Assembly (NCBI GenBank): GCA_021160845.1
Contig: JAGHBT010000225.1
Location: 1-28,579 of the forward strand
DNA length: 28,579 nucleotides
Source: a bacterium
GTDB taxonomy: Bacteria; Krumholzibacteriota; Krumholzibacteriia; Krumholzibacteriales; WJIX01
Direction: 5' to 3'
The notes under the pieces are model-generated. The model did not search any database and was not told the origin of the DNA. It saw nothing but the letters and a program-made list of their open reading frames with translations. Of the stretch, positions 17,354-27,300 are shown piece by piece. The translations under genes were made by a program, and so were the position numbers. How positions within the stretch are numbered: position 1 is the stretch's first letter; each line of letters starts with the position of its first letter.

Positions 17354-18088
17354 TTAAATATTTAATATCTCCTCCGTCAGACGATAATAATCAAAGGCTC
17401 CTCGAGAAAGTGGCGCGTGTTCATATATGGTTTCATTTGATCCGGGCGCTTCCCTCAAAGCGGTATTAACTCTAATCACAGTATTGAACACGCCTTCAGG
17501 AAACCGGGTTCTAATATCTTCAAGAACAAGCTTTGATATATTTGTACGGGAGTCAAAAAAAGTTGGAAGAATGGTGAAATTAATTGTTTTTTTTGAAATA
17601 AGCCATTTTACCTCTTTTATCATTCCAATAGTCTGGCTTGCTCCAGCTTGAGACAGATAATCGAGTGAAAGAGGAATGACAATCTCATCAGAGAATGCGA
17701 GAATGTTGATATTTATCAAATTCAGCGAGGGAGGGCAATCGCATATTACATAATCAGAGCCCTTAAGATTTGAAAGGGCTTTCACCATTCTTTTTTCGCG
17801 ATCCCTTTCCTTTCCAAGAAGAAGTTCCACCTCCACAAGATCAGCCCCTCCCGAATCAATAAGAAAGAGATTGTCCCTAACCTGCAGAATATCTACATCA
17901 CCTGTCCTGAGTAAACTGGAAAGTCCTCTTTTCCCCTCATTTCCAAAAGTGATTGCAGCATTTCTCTGTGGATCACAATCTATAAGCAAAACCTTTTTAC
18001 CGCTCAACGCGAGTCCATGAGCAAGATTTACGGCAGTAGTCGTTTTGCCCGTACCACCCTTCATTGTCATTATCGCGTATTTTTTCAT
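17354..18088 (-). CDS. ParA/Soj-family ATPase (orphan, no adjacent parB)
   Basis: Deviant Walker A KGGTGKTTT, IDCDPQRN, Walker B ICDCPPSL, FDSRTN and LREAP. ATGA overlap with the upstream stop codon. Confidence 0.92.
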   Translation of the reverse strand: MKKYAIMTMKGGTGKTTTAVNLAHGLALSGKKVLLIDCDPQRNAAITFGNEGKRGLSSLLRTGDVDILQVRDNLFLIDSGGADLVEVELLLGKERDREKRMVKALSNLKGSDYVICDCPPSLNLININILAFSDEIVIPLSLDYLSQAGASQTIGMIKEVKWLISKKTINFTILPTFFDSRTNISKLVLEDIRTRFPEGVFNTVIRVNTALREAPGSNETIYEHAPLSRGAFDYYRLTEEILNI

Positions 18089-21000
18089 TTTTTAGTTCCT
18101 TTGTTACCTTTTCTGTTAATATTGGAAAGCTTCTCCCCATAGGCACCCCACCCAAGATTCTTGATTTTCCTGTCTTTCTCTTCACGTTTGTCTACCTTGT
18201 CTCTTTCAATATCCAGACCGGAATAGGAGGAAACTCCTTGATGGTCTTCCGCCAATTCCCCAGAGTCACTACTATCCTCTTCCTTAGCGCTAACCTGATT
18301 AATATAGTCCTCTTCCGGAATTCGGGACGAATACAGAATTTCTCTTTCTGCTTTTCCGTCATATTTTTCAATTTTTTCCTCTACTTTTTTCCCTTGCCTA
18401 CCTTTGTTACGTTTTACTTTCTTAGACAATTTCTCTTCTCTATTTATGCCTTCCTTAACATCAGAAGACGTGGATTTTATCCAAGATGAATTTATCATAT
18501 CATCAATAGCCTTTTCCCTATCAAGAAAATGATTAATAAGCGGTTCAAATCCAAGATCAATAAAAATTTTGTATATTGCCGAGTTCATTCCGATAAGCGC
18601 CAATTTCGTTCCGGAACTATTCAACTGCTGAACATATTTGACAATATTCCCCCAGCCACTGCTGTTTATATAAACTACATCCGACAAATCAACCAGCAAG
18701 AAGGCTGGATTGTCAGACAATGACCGCTCCATATTGATCTCAAATTCATCATTTGTGGACGCGTCAATCGCACCGCTTACTTTCAGAACTACACCAACAT
18801 TCCCCGAAATTTTAATTCTCTCAAGATCAACTCCAAAAGTATAATTCTCAACCTCGTTCCGTTTTCTTCCCGTAACTACAACGGCAGGTTTAGATCCGAG
18901 GTTATTTTTGTCATGGCTGGATTCAGCAATTTCAACATTAAAATCCTCCACAGCCTCAGCTAATATATTAAACGAATGCATAAGATCATCGAATTCAAGC
19001 AGCTTGAATATCCTGTTAACATCCGGATCCATACCGAAGATTTTCAAATCACCGCCTTTCTTTCTCATCCCGTCAATCCTTGAGGCAAAAACGCCCCAAC
19101 CGGCACTGCTTACATATTCTACGCCGGACATGTCGGCAATAATCTTACTTGTACCTTTTCCCAATATACGATCAAAGGCTTCACGGAGTTCTAAAGAGCT
19201 TACCGTGTCGATTATACCTTGAAGCTCCAGAATAGTTATCTCTCCATTGTCCCCAACCAAACCCGCCTTTATTCGTAAAGGAGTCATATCAGATTCATCT
19301 ATGCTTAGTATTTCTGGAATTAATTTCTTTTCAGATTTCTTCTTTTTCCGACTTTTCCGTTTTACTTTAAGATGTTTCTGTCTTTCATGGAATGGAAGCG
19401 ATAGAAATCTAATCGCTTCTTCTTTCAACCTAAACTGCATAAGGATATCCATAAATCCCAGCAACTCAAATATGTCATAAACCTCGGGAGACATTCCCAC
19501 CAAAACAACATCCCCCTCTTTCTCCCTTAGATTCTTCACTCTACCCACAAATACCCCCCATCCACCACTGCTTATGTACAAAACATCATTTAAATCAACT
19601 ATAATATTCTTGGTTCCCTCCTCGTACAAATCCTCCATAACACTTTCCAATTCGCCGGTAGAGGAAGAATCAAGATGACCGGAGACTTTTAAAACGGTTA
19701 TATCCTCATTGTATTTTTCATCTTCAATCCTTACAGGGGAATCCGACCCATATCTGAATTCCTCAGCATCTTTCTCATATTCCCATTCTTTACTGAATTT
19801 CTCGTCACCGCGTTCCTCGATCACAGATTCTGAAACTCTTTCAAGACTACCCCCTGAACCCACGGACATTTCCCCTACAGTGTCTCTTTGAGGAGTTAAG
19901 ATCGAGCCTTTTTTCTGTTCTACAACTTCTTCCTCTCCAATAACAATTTCCCTTTTCACCTTCTTTATATCTATTGTTCCTTTTGTGCTATCTTCAATCT
20001 CCTGCTCCAATTTTATTCCATTTCTTCTCAAATAATCCAATCTCTTCTCATATGTATTCAGCCTCATTCTCTTTAGTTCGTTATAGACAAGCGAAGAAGT
20101 ATTTAGATTAGCTTTACCTCTTCCCAAATTAAGCCTATCAGCAATCCTCTTAGCTCCAAAGCGGGGGTTTTCCTTAATTACTTCCAGCAATTTCGTTCTT
20201 TGCTCATTACTCAAACGTCTTATAGCATGTTCTTCTCTTAGATTCTTATTCTTTAAACCGCGGTCCCCCATCAATTCCAACCGTTTTTTGTACCTGTAAT
20301 ATGTTGATGGAGATACCTTCATCTTACTGCAGGCATCAGTCACTGAGATTCCTTCCACACTGACCAAGTCAAGCAACCTTCTTCTAATGCCGAGCAATAC
20401 TTCATCCGCCATATACTTCTCTTTAAATGCGACTACCGTAATATCATCATTTTGCGGATATTGCCCCGTGAATTTATCAATCTCATTGCTCAAGATATCT
20501 ATAAATTCCTGAGGTGATTTGCTGCCACTTTTTTTCATCAATTTAAGAAGTCTTTTCTCGCCGAATTGCTCCCTCTTTTCATTCATAGCCTCAGTTACGC
20601 CATCTGTATAAATCAGGAGCATATCATTTTTTTTGAGTTTAATCTTTTCAACATCTATCGATTTCTCAAACAATTTATCATCCGGGAGATTTATTCCAAC
20701 CGGAAATCCTCGTGGATTCAAGTAGAATGTTTCATTCGTTTCTGCTCTGTAAAGAATCATGGGATTATGCCCCGCACTGGCGTAACTAATAACCCTGTTT
20801 CTTGAATCAAGAATCACATAGAATATTGTGACAAACATCCCTTTTTTCATATCTTGGGTAACAAACTCATTCATTTTGGCCATCACGTCAGCAGCCGAAT
20901 GGTTACCCCTGGCTTCCATTCGTAACGCCGTCCTAATCATCGTCATCACAAGCGATCCGGGGACACCTTTACCCGACACATCAGCTACAACAACTCCCAG

Positions 21001-22419
21001 TGTATCGTCATCAACATTCACAAAATCGTAATAATCCCCGCCAACCTCTTTAGCTGCTTTATAGTAACTTGCGATATCATATCCGCCTATTTCAGGTACA
21101 TTTCTCGGGAGAAGGGAATGCTGTATCTCTTGAGCAACCTGCATCTCTTTTTGCATTCTCTCTTGTTCTACCACACTCTCCTGAGCTACACGGAATTTTG
21201 CTGTAATTTCATTAAAGGCCTTCGCGATCGCGCCAATTTCTTTAGGCCCTTTTATATCGAGTTCATCCTCAAGCGAACCTTCACCGATAGCTATCACCCC
21301 GTCAGTGAGGGTTTGTATCGGTTTGATAAAAATGGAGATGAGCAAATAGACAAGGCCTATTCCCGACATAAACATACCAAACAATATCACTATAGTTTTA
21401 AAACGCTCGTCTTGTACTAACATTTCAATTTCAGCGCTGGATACTCCCATGGCCAACTGCCCCATAATAATCCTTTCACCGGGATTCTTCCCTGAAAGTA
21501 CAATAGGCAAATGAAACTCCTTAATATTCTCGTCATCCCTATTCAGTGCGATCCATTTTCCATCTGAAGATAAATCTCTGACCCGAGAAGGAGCCTCGTA
21601 CAGTTGTCCAAATTCATCGGCAATACTCGAAGAAACTACCATTCCTTTCATGTTGACCACTCGTATATACTTTATCTCTGGGTGAATTTTCATCCCATCA
21701 TGAATAAACTCATTTAACTTCCTGTATTCAGGGTGGTATAAATCATCTAAAACAAGGGCATTTTCACTCCTAAATTCGAGCGTCTGAGCAAAACTTCTCA
21801 TTTGCAGCCAAGCCTTTTGCCGGGCATTTTCGATATCCCGGGTCTGATTAATAAATTGAATAAGCCCAATAATCGCGATAATTCCAAAAAGACCTGTAGA
21901 AGCCCTCAATAGAAATTTAAATCTAAGTGTTTGAGTCCATTTTGTTTTAATTGAATGAACTAGAGGTCTTTTTCCGGAAAGGGACAATTTGGAACTCTTG
22001 GCCATGATTAGATGATTTCCGTCACTGGAAGATTCATATTTAATATCATCCATGAGACGATTCATTAAATATATTCCAAGACCACCCCTCTTCCCCATTT
22101 CAACATATTCCTCCAAATCCGGATCTTTAACTCCCGACCAGTTAAAAGGGTTCCCCTTGTCACGGAGATGAATTTCAACATTTCCCGACCAAACCCGCAT
22201 ATCCACTGTTATCTTACCTGATTTACCGCTATAGGCATGCTTTATGATATTTGTACAAGCCTCATCAACAGCCAGCTTTGTGTTATTTGTCTCTCGTTTG
22301 TTAAATCCCGCCTGTGCACAAACATTGGATACATAATCTCTTATCTCACCCAGATTATTCTCGTCTGCATGAATTTCAAGATGAAAATCTTTTTCATTTT
22401 TAAGGAAGGGGTTTTTCAA
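18085..22419 (-). CDS. Multidomain partner-switching sensor: RsbW-like HATPase - TM - extracytoplasmic sensor - TM - HAMP - SpoIIE/PP2C phosphatase - transposase-like HTH region - 3x STAS - charged tail
   Basis: HATPase motifs AVDEACTNIIKHAY, RDKG and GGLGIYLM. Two hydrophobic helices. HAMP KPIQTL...EIGAIAKAFN. PP2C motifs GGDYYDF, ADVSGKG, YTDGVTE and DDIT. HTH SVTDACSKMKVSPSTYYRY. Three STAS domains carrying S(S/A/G)GWG. TTG start directly abuts the upstream stop. Confidence 0.9.
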   Translation of the reverse strand: MKNPFLKNEKDFHLEIHADENNLGEIRDYVSNVCAQAGFNKRETNNTKLAVDEACTNIIKHAYSGKSGKITVDMRVWSGNVEIHLRDKGNPFNWSGVKDPDLEEYVEMGKRGGLGIYLMNRLMDDIKYESSSDGNHLIMAKSSKLSLSGKRPLVHSIKTKWTQTLRFKFLLRASTGLFGIIAIIGLIQFINQTRDIENARQKAWLQMRSFAQTLEFRSENALVLDDLYHPEYRKLNEFIHDGMKIHPEIKYIRVVNMKGMVVSSSIADEFGQLYEAPSRVRDLSSDGKWIALNRDDENIKEFHLPIVLSGKNPGERIIMGQLAMGVSSAEIEMLVQDERFKTIVILFGMFMSGIGLVYLLISIFIKPIQTLTDGVIAIGEGSLEDELDIKGPKEIGAIAKAFNEITAKFRVAQESVVEQERMQKEMQVAQEIQHSLLPRNVPEIGGYDIASYYKAAKEVGGDYYDFVNVDDDTLGVVVADVSGKGVPGSLVMTMIRTALRMEARGNHSAADVMAKMNEFVTQDMKKGMFVTIFYVILDSRNRVISYASAGHNPMILYRAETNETFYLNPRGFPVGINLPDDKLFEKSIDVEKIKLKKNDMLLIYTDGVTEAMNEKREQFGEKRLLKLMKKSGSKSPQEFIDILSNEIDKFTGQYPQNDDITVVAFKEKYMADEVLLGIRRRLLDLVSVEGISVTDACSKMKVSPSTYYRYKKRLELMGDRGLKNKNLREEHAIRRLSNEQRTKLLEVIKENPRFGAKRIADRLNLGRGKANLNTSSLVYNELKRMRLNTYEKRLDYLRRNGIKLEQEIEDSTKGTIDIKKVKREIVIGEEEVVEQKKGSILTPQRDTVGEMSVGSGGSLERVSESVIEERGDEKFSKEWEYEKDAEEFRYGSDSPVRIEDEKYNEDITVLKVSGHLDSSSTGELESVMEDLYEEGTKNIIVDLNDVLYISSGGWGVFVGRVKNLREKEGDVVLVGMSPEVYDIFELLGFMDILMQFRLKEEAIRFLSLPFHERQKHLKVKRKSRKKKKSEKKLIPEILSIDESDMTPLRIKAGLVGDNGEITILELQGIIDTVSSLELREAFDRILGKGTSKIIADMSGVEYVSSAGWGVFASRIDGMRKKGGDLKIFGMDPDVNRIFKLLEFDDLMHSFNILAEAVEDFNVEIAESSHDKNNLGSKPAVVVTGRKRNEVENYTFGVDLERIKISGNVGVVLKVSGAIDASTNDEFEINMERSLSDNPAFLLVDLSDVVYINSSGWGNIVKYVQQLNSSGTKLALIGMNSAIYKIFIDLGFEPLINHFLDREKAIDDMINSSWIKSTSSDVKEGINREEKLSKKVKRNKGRQGKKVEEKIEKYDGKAEREILYSSRIPEEDYINQVSAKEEDSSDSGELAEDHQGVSSYSGLDIERDKVDKREEKDRKIKNLGWGAYGEKLSNINRKGNKGTKK

Positions 22420-24312
22420 TTAATCCTTCTCCCCAGAATTAATTATTTCAAGCCTTTTGCCAGCTTCTTCAATATTCTTCTTTATACTTTCATTATCAGG
22501 ATCAATCTTTAGAATTTTATTCCATACTTCTATTGCCGACTTATACTTTCTTTGTGTAAAATGCTTCATTCCGTCTATGTACAGCTTCCGGATTTGTTCC
22601 TTTTCTTCATTCTTGAGAGGAGTTATCCGCCGCCGCGCTCTATCGAGCAACTTTAATGCCTCCTTATGATCAGGCTGAATCTTCAACACCCTTCCCAGCT
22701 GCTCTTCCGCTTTGGAATAATCGCCTGTGCTGAAATTATTCAACGCCTTTTCAAAGAGATCTATAGTTGTCAATTTTATTCTTGCCGAATCAAACTTTAC
22801 ACTCATAGCCCGCAACCGATCCTTTAACCTCTGCGCACCCTCTTCGGCTTCTTTATGCTTCGGATTAAGCGCTTTTATCATATTCCATTCATCCAGTGCC
22901 GCGGCTAATTTACCTGCCTCTTCAAAATCGATTGCTTTCTTCCTGTGGCGGTCAATCTGCTTAGAAAGTTTTTCCTCAATTTTCTTTATATATCCCTTTG
23001 CATTCTCATTATCAGGATCAATTTCAAGTAGAGAATTCCATTCTCCCCTTGATAGGAGATATTCATTGTTTCCGTAATATTTTAATCCCAGTTTAAAATG
23101 ACGCTTTATAAGAACCTGTTTTTCAACCGACTTAATCTCTTGCTGCTGTTTCTTGATTATCTCATCTTCCAAAACTGAAATCAGCCTCGAAGCCTCAACA
23201 TCCGACGGATCGTATTCGAGCGCAATCTTAAACTCATCATACGCCTTTTCAAGTTCTCCATTTTTTCTGAGAGATTTCGCTTTTTGCAGATGACTTTTGA
23301 GTCTGTCGGAAAGTACCTGCTTGAGATATCCTTCTTCTTCCTCCCTTCGACGCGCCGCTAGTGCTTCTCTCTTTCTCTCAATTGACTCGCCAAGATTAAC
23401 CGAAATTGAAAACGGATGAGAAGATCCGGCTTCATCACGGCTGAAATACCCGTAATCAGCAGTATATTCCTGCCATGAAAACCCTATTCCGGCGGTTATT
23501 TGCTCAGAGTCAAATCCAACCCGGAAACTGATTATATTTTTTAAATCATATTCGATACCAAACCTTAGATCATTATCGGCCCTCTCGGGCATATCAACTT
23601 GCGCGGAAGCAATCAGCGCCGACCCATTCTGAAATTCGTAAGAATACCCCACCCCAAACATCATGGTTCTATCAACCCTTTCACTAATAGATACAAGTTT
23701 TGTTTCAGCCCCTACTATATCCTGAATATTGCACCCCAGAACAAATCCTTTCAGATAAGAAAGCCTGTATAAAACTCCAACATCCATCCCCGTTCCCGTA
23801 TCTGAATAATCGCCTATACTCTGATTCAATACCTTAATTGATGTTCCGAGAGTGAACTTTCCTAACAGCTCAAATGGAATATCAAAGGCATAGGCCAATA
23901 ACCCCTGGCTTTCACGATAGGAAATTTCCCCCAGTTCATTACTAAATTCGTCAAACGCTCTTATCCCGCCGGTACCTGTTGTCATTATCCCGATTCCAAA
24001 GGCGCCGGATAAAAGGGTTGGATAAACCGCTCCAACAAAATCGTAATTCGCCCCACTGAAATCCGAGAATAGTTGAATGTGATTCACCATTATTCCCGTA
24101 TATTTATTTAATTTTAAACCGGCAGGATTGTAATAAATAACCGAAGGGTCATCACCAATGGCAGAAAATGCTCCACCCAGAGAAATAGCGCGCGAACCTG
24201 CTCCAAGAGTAAAAACCGATCTGGTTCCACCAACACCCACCTCGGCAAATACATCTTTACCCGTGGCAAGGAGTATTATTAAAATCAGAGTTGTTAATCT
24301 TTTCTTTCTCAT
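22420..24312 (-). CDS. PorV/PorQ-like (FadL-fold, UPF0164-like) outer-membrane barrel fused to C-terminal TPR repeats
   Basis: Signal peptide; family N-terminal motif GSRAISLGGAFSAIGDDPSVIYYNPAGL; about 300 aa of strands ending near SVNLG; then a helical region with several TPR-like units (ALEYDP, LLEIDP, VLKIQP, ILKIDP). Confidence 0.85.
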   Translation of the reverse strand: MRKKRLTTLILIILLATGKDVFAEVGVGGTRSVFTLGAGSRAISLGGAFSAIGDDPSVIYYNPAGLKLNKYTGIMVNHIQLFSDFSGANYDFVGAVYPTLLSGAFGIGIMTTGTGGIRAFDEFSNELGEISYRESQGLLAYAFDIPFELLGKFTLGTSIKVLNQSIGDYSDTGTGMDVGVLYRLSYLKGFVLGCNIQDIVGAETKLVSISERVDRTMMFGVGYSYEFQNGSALIASAQVDMPERADNDLRFGIEYDLKNIISFRVGFDSEQITAGIGFSWQEYTADYGYFSRDEAGSSHPFSISVNLGESIERKREALAARRREEEEGYLKQVLSDRLKSHLQKAKSLRKNGELEKAYDEFKIALEYDPSDVEASRLISVLEDEIIKKQQQEIKSVEKQVLIKRHFKLGLKYYGNNEYLLSRGEWNSLLEIDPDNENAKGYIKKIEEKLSKQIDRHRKKAIDFEEAGKLAAALDEWNMIKALNPKHKEAEEGAQRLKDRLRAMSVKFDSARIKLTTIDLFEKALNNFSTGDYSKAEEQLGRVLKIQPDHKEALKLLDRARRRITPLKNEEKEQIRKLYIDGMKHFTQRKYKSAIEVWNKILKIDPDNESIKKNIEEAGKRLEIINSGEKD

Positions 24313-24318
24313 ATCCTT

Positions 24319-27300
24319 CTACTTCGCAATTGCAATCTTGAAAATTGCGGAATTAGGTCCTGCCGTTATCTTACAGATATATATTCCGTTCCTGACAAGT
24401 TCACCACGGCCATTTCTTCCATCCCACAATACTATACACTCTTCTCCTCCGGGGCTTCCTGTAGCACCCTCACTTCCGGCGGCAATATCCTTTGACCAAA
24501 CTAAAATACCCGTGTAATCATAAATTTTTATATTCACATTTACATCTTCCACAAGAAAATATGCAATTCTCGTATTCTCACTTCCCGCTCTAAAGGGATT
24601 TGGATAATTATGTGCGTATTCGGAAAAATTGCCGCTCATAATTGTAAAGGGAGTATTATAAAAATGCCCCGCTATTTCACTTCCTCCTCCTCTCCAGACT
24701 ACGCTAACCGGAGCGCTTTGCCCTCCGATAGAAAATTTAATGTCATTACTACGAACAAGTTCAACTCTCATGCCGCCGATTGGAACGCTAAGGGCAATAT
24801 CAACTTCCACACTCGCTGTAGCGCTATCAGTTGAATTGATTGTGAACCCATGATCCACAATAATCGGTATGGGATTTATACCATCGGCTTCTGACGAATA
24901 CCTTCTTCCATCTTCTGTGACAAAACTTACACTGTCCACAAACTGTGAAGGATTTTCAATATCCATACCGTTCACATCACGGATAGTTACATAAAGTGTA
25001 TCAAGGCCTACGGTATATGCGGAATTGTTACTGAAAGAAATTTTTAGCATCGGCACATCCCGGGTTCCCTGCGGTACTACATGCGGAGGAATGGCAATTG
25101 TGTCACTTTCGGAAATATTATTCATAGCAACAGTGCCCGCCTCTGTCTTTACCGGTATTAATATCTCTGCCGTATCTATTTCGGCCGTCTTGTTTGTATT
25201 AGAATCATTAGCGTAAGGCTCTGCAAAATAAATGCGAATATTACCCGGAGGTGACTTTGTGGAAGGCGCTTTCAAATTCCAGATAATGGGTTCTCCAATA
25301 CGGAATGCCTTGCTGCTGTCTCCATTAATAAACGAATATCCCGGTGGAAGGGCTATCTTTAATCTTGCTCCTGTTGTATCAATCACTGCCCTTCCTTTAT
25401 TTTCGATCTCAGCTTCAACGGTAAAGGGGAGGTTAACAGACAGTTCCCCTTCAAGAGCCTGCTGAGGCCCTGATATCGCCGCAGATAAATTAATCAAAGC
25501 GGCAGATTCGGTTTCAACTTCTAAAGAGTAATTACAACCGCTGAAAGCGATACCTGAATTGACATCTACTCCGCCTGTAGTCAGCTGTATCTGCCGTTTT
25601 TGCAAATCTTCATCCGGGGGCGCTGTCAGGCTCCAAACAACATATGTTTCCGTTCCTTCGCCACTTTCAACATCACGTTTTAAATCTCCATCGACTGAAT
25701 ATCCGGAAGGAAGAGAAAGCTCCAGCCACACTCCATCAGAATTGGCGGAGGGTGTAACGGCTGCTCTGAGTGAAAAGTTCTGATTTGTCGATAAGAGTCT
25801 ATCCACAGCACCTGGAGGCGAATCAACCGATAAATTACAATTCCGAACAACCCCCTTCTCTTCTGTTAGGATAGTAATGCTATCAAGCGGCTCGGCACAA
25901 AAAGCCGGAGCGCCGATGTTAATATCAACGGGAGAAGTAGTGATTCCAACCCTCAGAATATCAGAGGTAGCAACAGCCGATGGAGAAAGCAGTGTCCACG
26001 CAACATTCTCATTAGGAATAAAGATCCTAGTCAATGGCTCATGCACGGGGTAAACAGATGAAAAACCATCAGGCAATGTTATAGTTATTCTTCCCGAATT
26101 ATCAACTAGCGCTTCCCCCCTGTTGGATACACTAGCTGTAACAGTGAAGTTCTGTTCTGTTGAAAGGGTATCATCAACCGCTCCCGGAGGAGATATTATC
26201 CCCACTTTACAAACAAGTTCCGCCGCACTCTGTATTTGAATATTTTCAACCGATTCTACAGCCTGTATCGGGTAAATTTCTTCACCTGTACTAACTGATA
26301 CGGCTTTTGTTATGGAAGCGGAAAGAATTTCAACACCCTTATTGGAAGACGCCGTAACATCAAAAACAAAAATACCCTGCGTCCCGGTGTCGAGATAGGG
26401 ACAACTGTCAGACAAACTGATTACCGAACTCCCGTCAGTTACAAGAGATACATCAATACTATCCAGCTCATCGCCTCCTGTATTTTCAATCCGTACGGTA
26501 ATATTAAACTCCTGAGTAATATTCACAATAGAGGTGTTTGGGATTAAAAGGTTATTCGGAGCATCACTTTCTACCGAAATAATCCTCAGTCCGGCGGGTT
26601 CCCTAACAATTACCGCAGAATCACCACTCGCCTGCGTCTGTGCCGAATCAGGATTATTTTCATCCAGCCAGTCCAGCAACATACTTACCGAAACAGTTCC
26701 TGTATCAACTCCTGTAGATGATATCTGATATTCCAGTGAATCAATACCGCCACCCATCAGGGTAAAACCGGAAGCGCCTGATGCAAATTCACTCGGGGCA
26801 ATCACAAGATAATCTGTAAGTTGATTTAGGTTTTTAAAGAAATTGATATCCTCACTTCCTGGCTGATTCAGTGTTACAGGAGCCTCCCCACTATTTCTAA
26901 CAACAGCAGTCAGAAACCAGTCAACCGTTTGTCCGGCCGTTAGATATATCTGCGATGGAGCAACCCTTGTTATATCAAGTATACCGTGATTTTGTATCTC
27001 CGCTGTTGCCGTGCTGTCAACGGCCTCTGAAAATTTAACGATGTTACTCTGTCCGGAATTTGTATCAACGGCGGATTCCAGCACCACAGAGAAATCTTCT
27101 GTGGCAGCGGAGGAAGAAGCCCTGACATAAAATGTATCTTCAGCAACTTCCCCTTCATCGAGAAGAATTAAATAATGAATTGGTTTTTCAATAAAGGAAG
27201 CTCCCTCGCCTGACAAAGAAACCGCGATACTATCGGCCGCTGCGCCCCCGCTGTTTTCAACTTGAACTACAATGGGAAAATACTGCTCACAATTCACAAA

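Noticed and set aside
17354-18088. Chromosomal parAB / replication origin region
   Set aside because: There is no parB, dnaA or gidAB in the window, and I saw no parS palindrome or DnaA-box cluster. TTATCAACA at ~6651 is a single imperfect box.
20040-20390. An IS element inserted in the sensor gene
   Set aside because: I found no DDE domain, terminal inverted repeats or target duplication, and the reading frame is continuous. Kept only as a domesticated domain.
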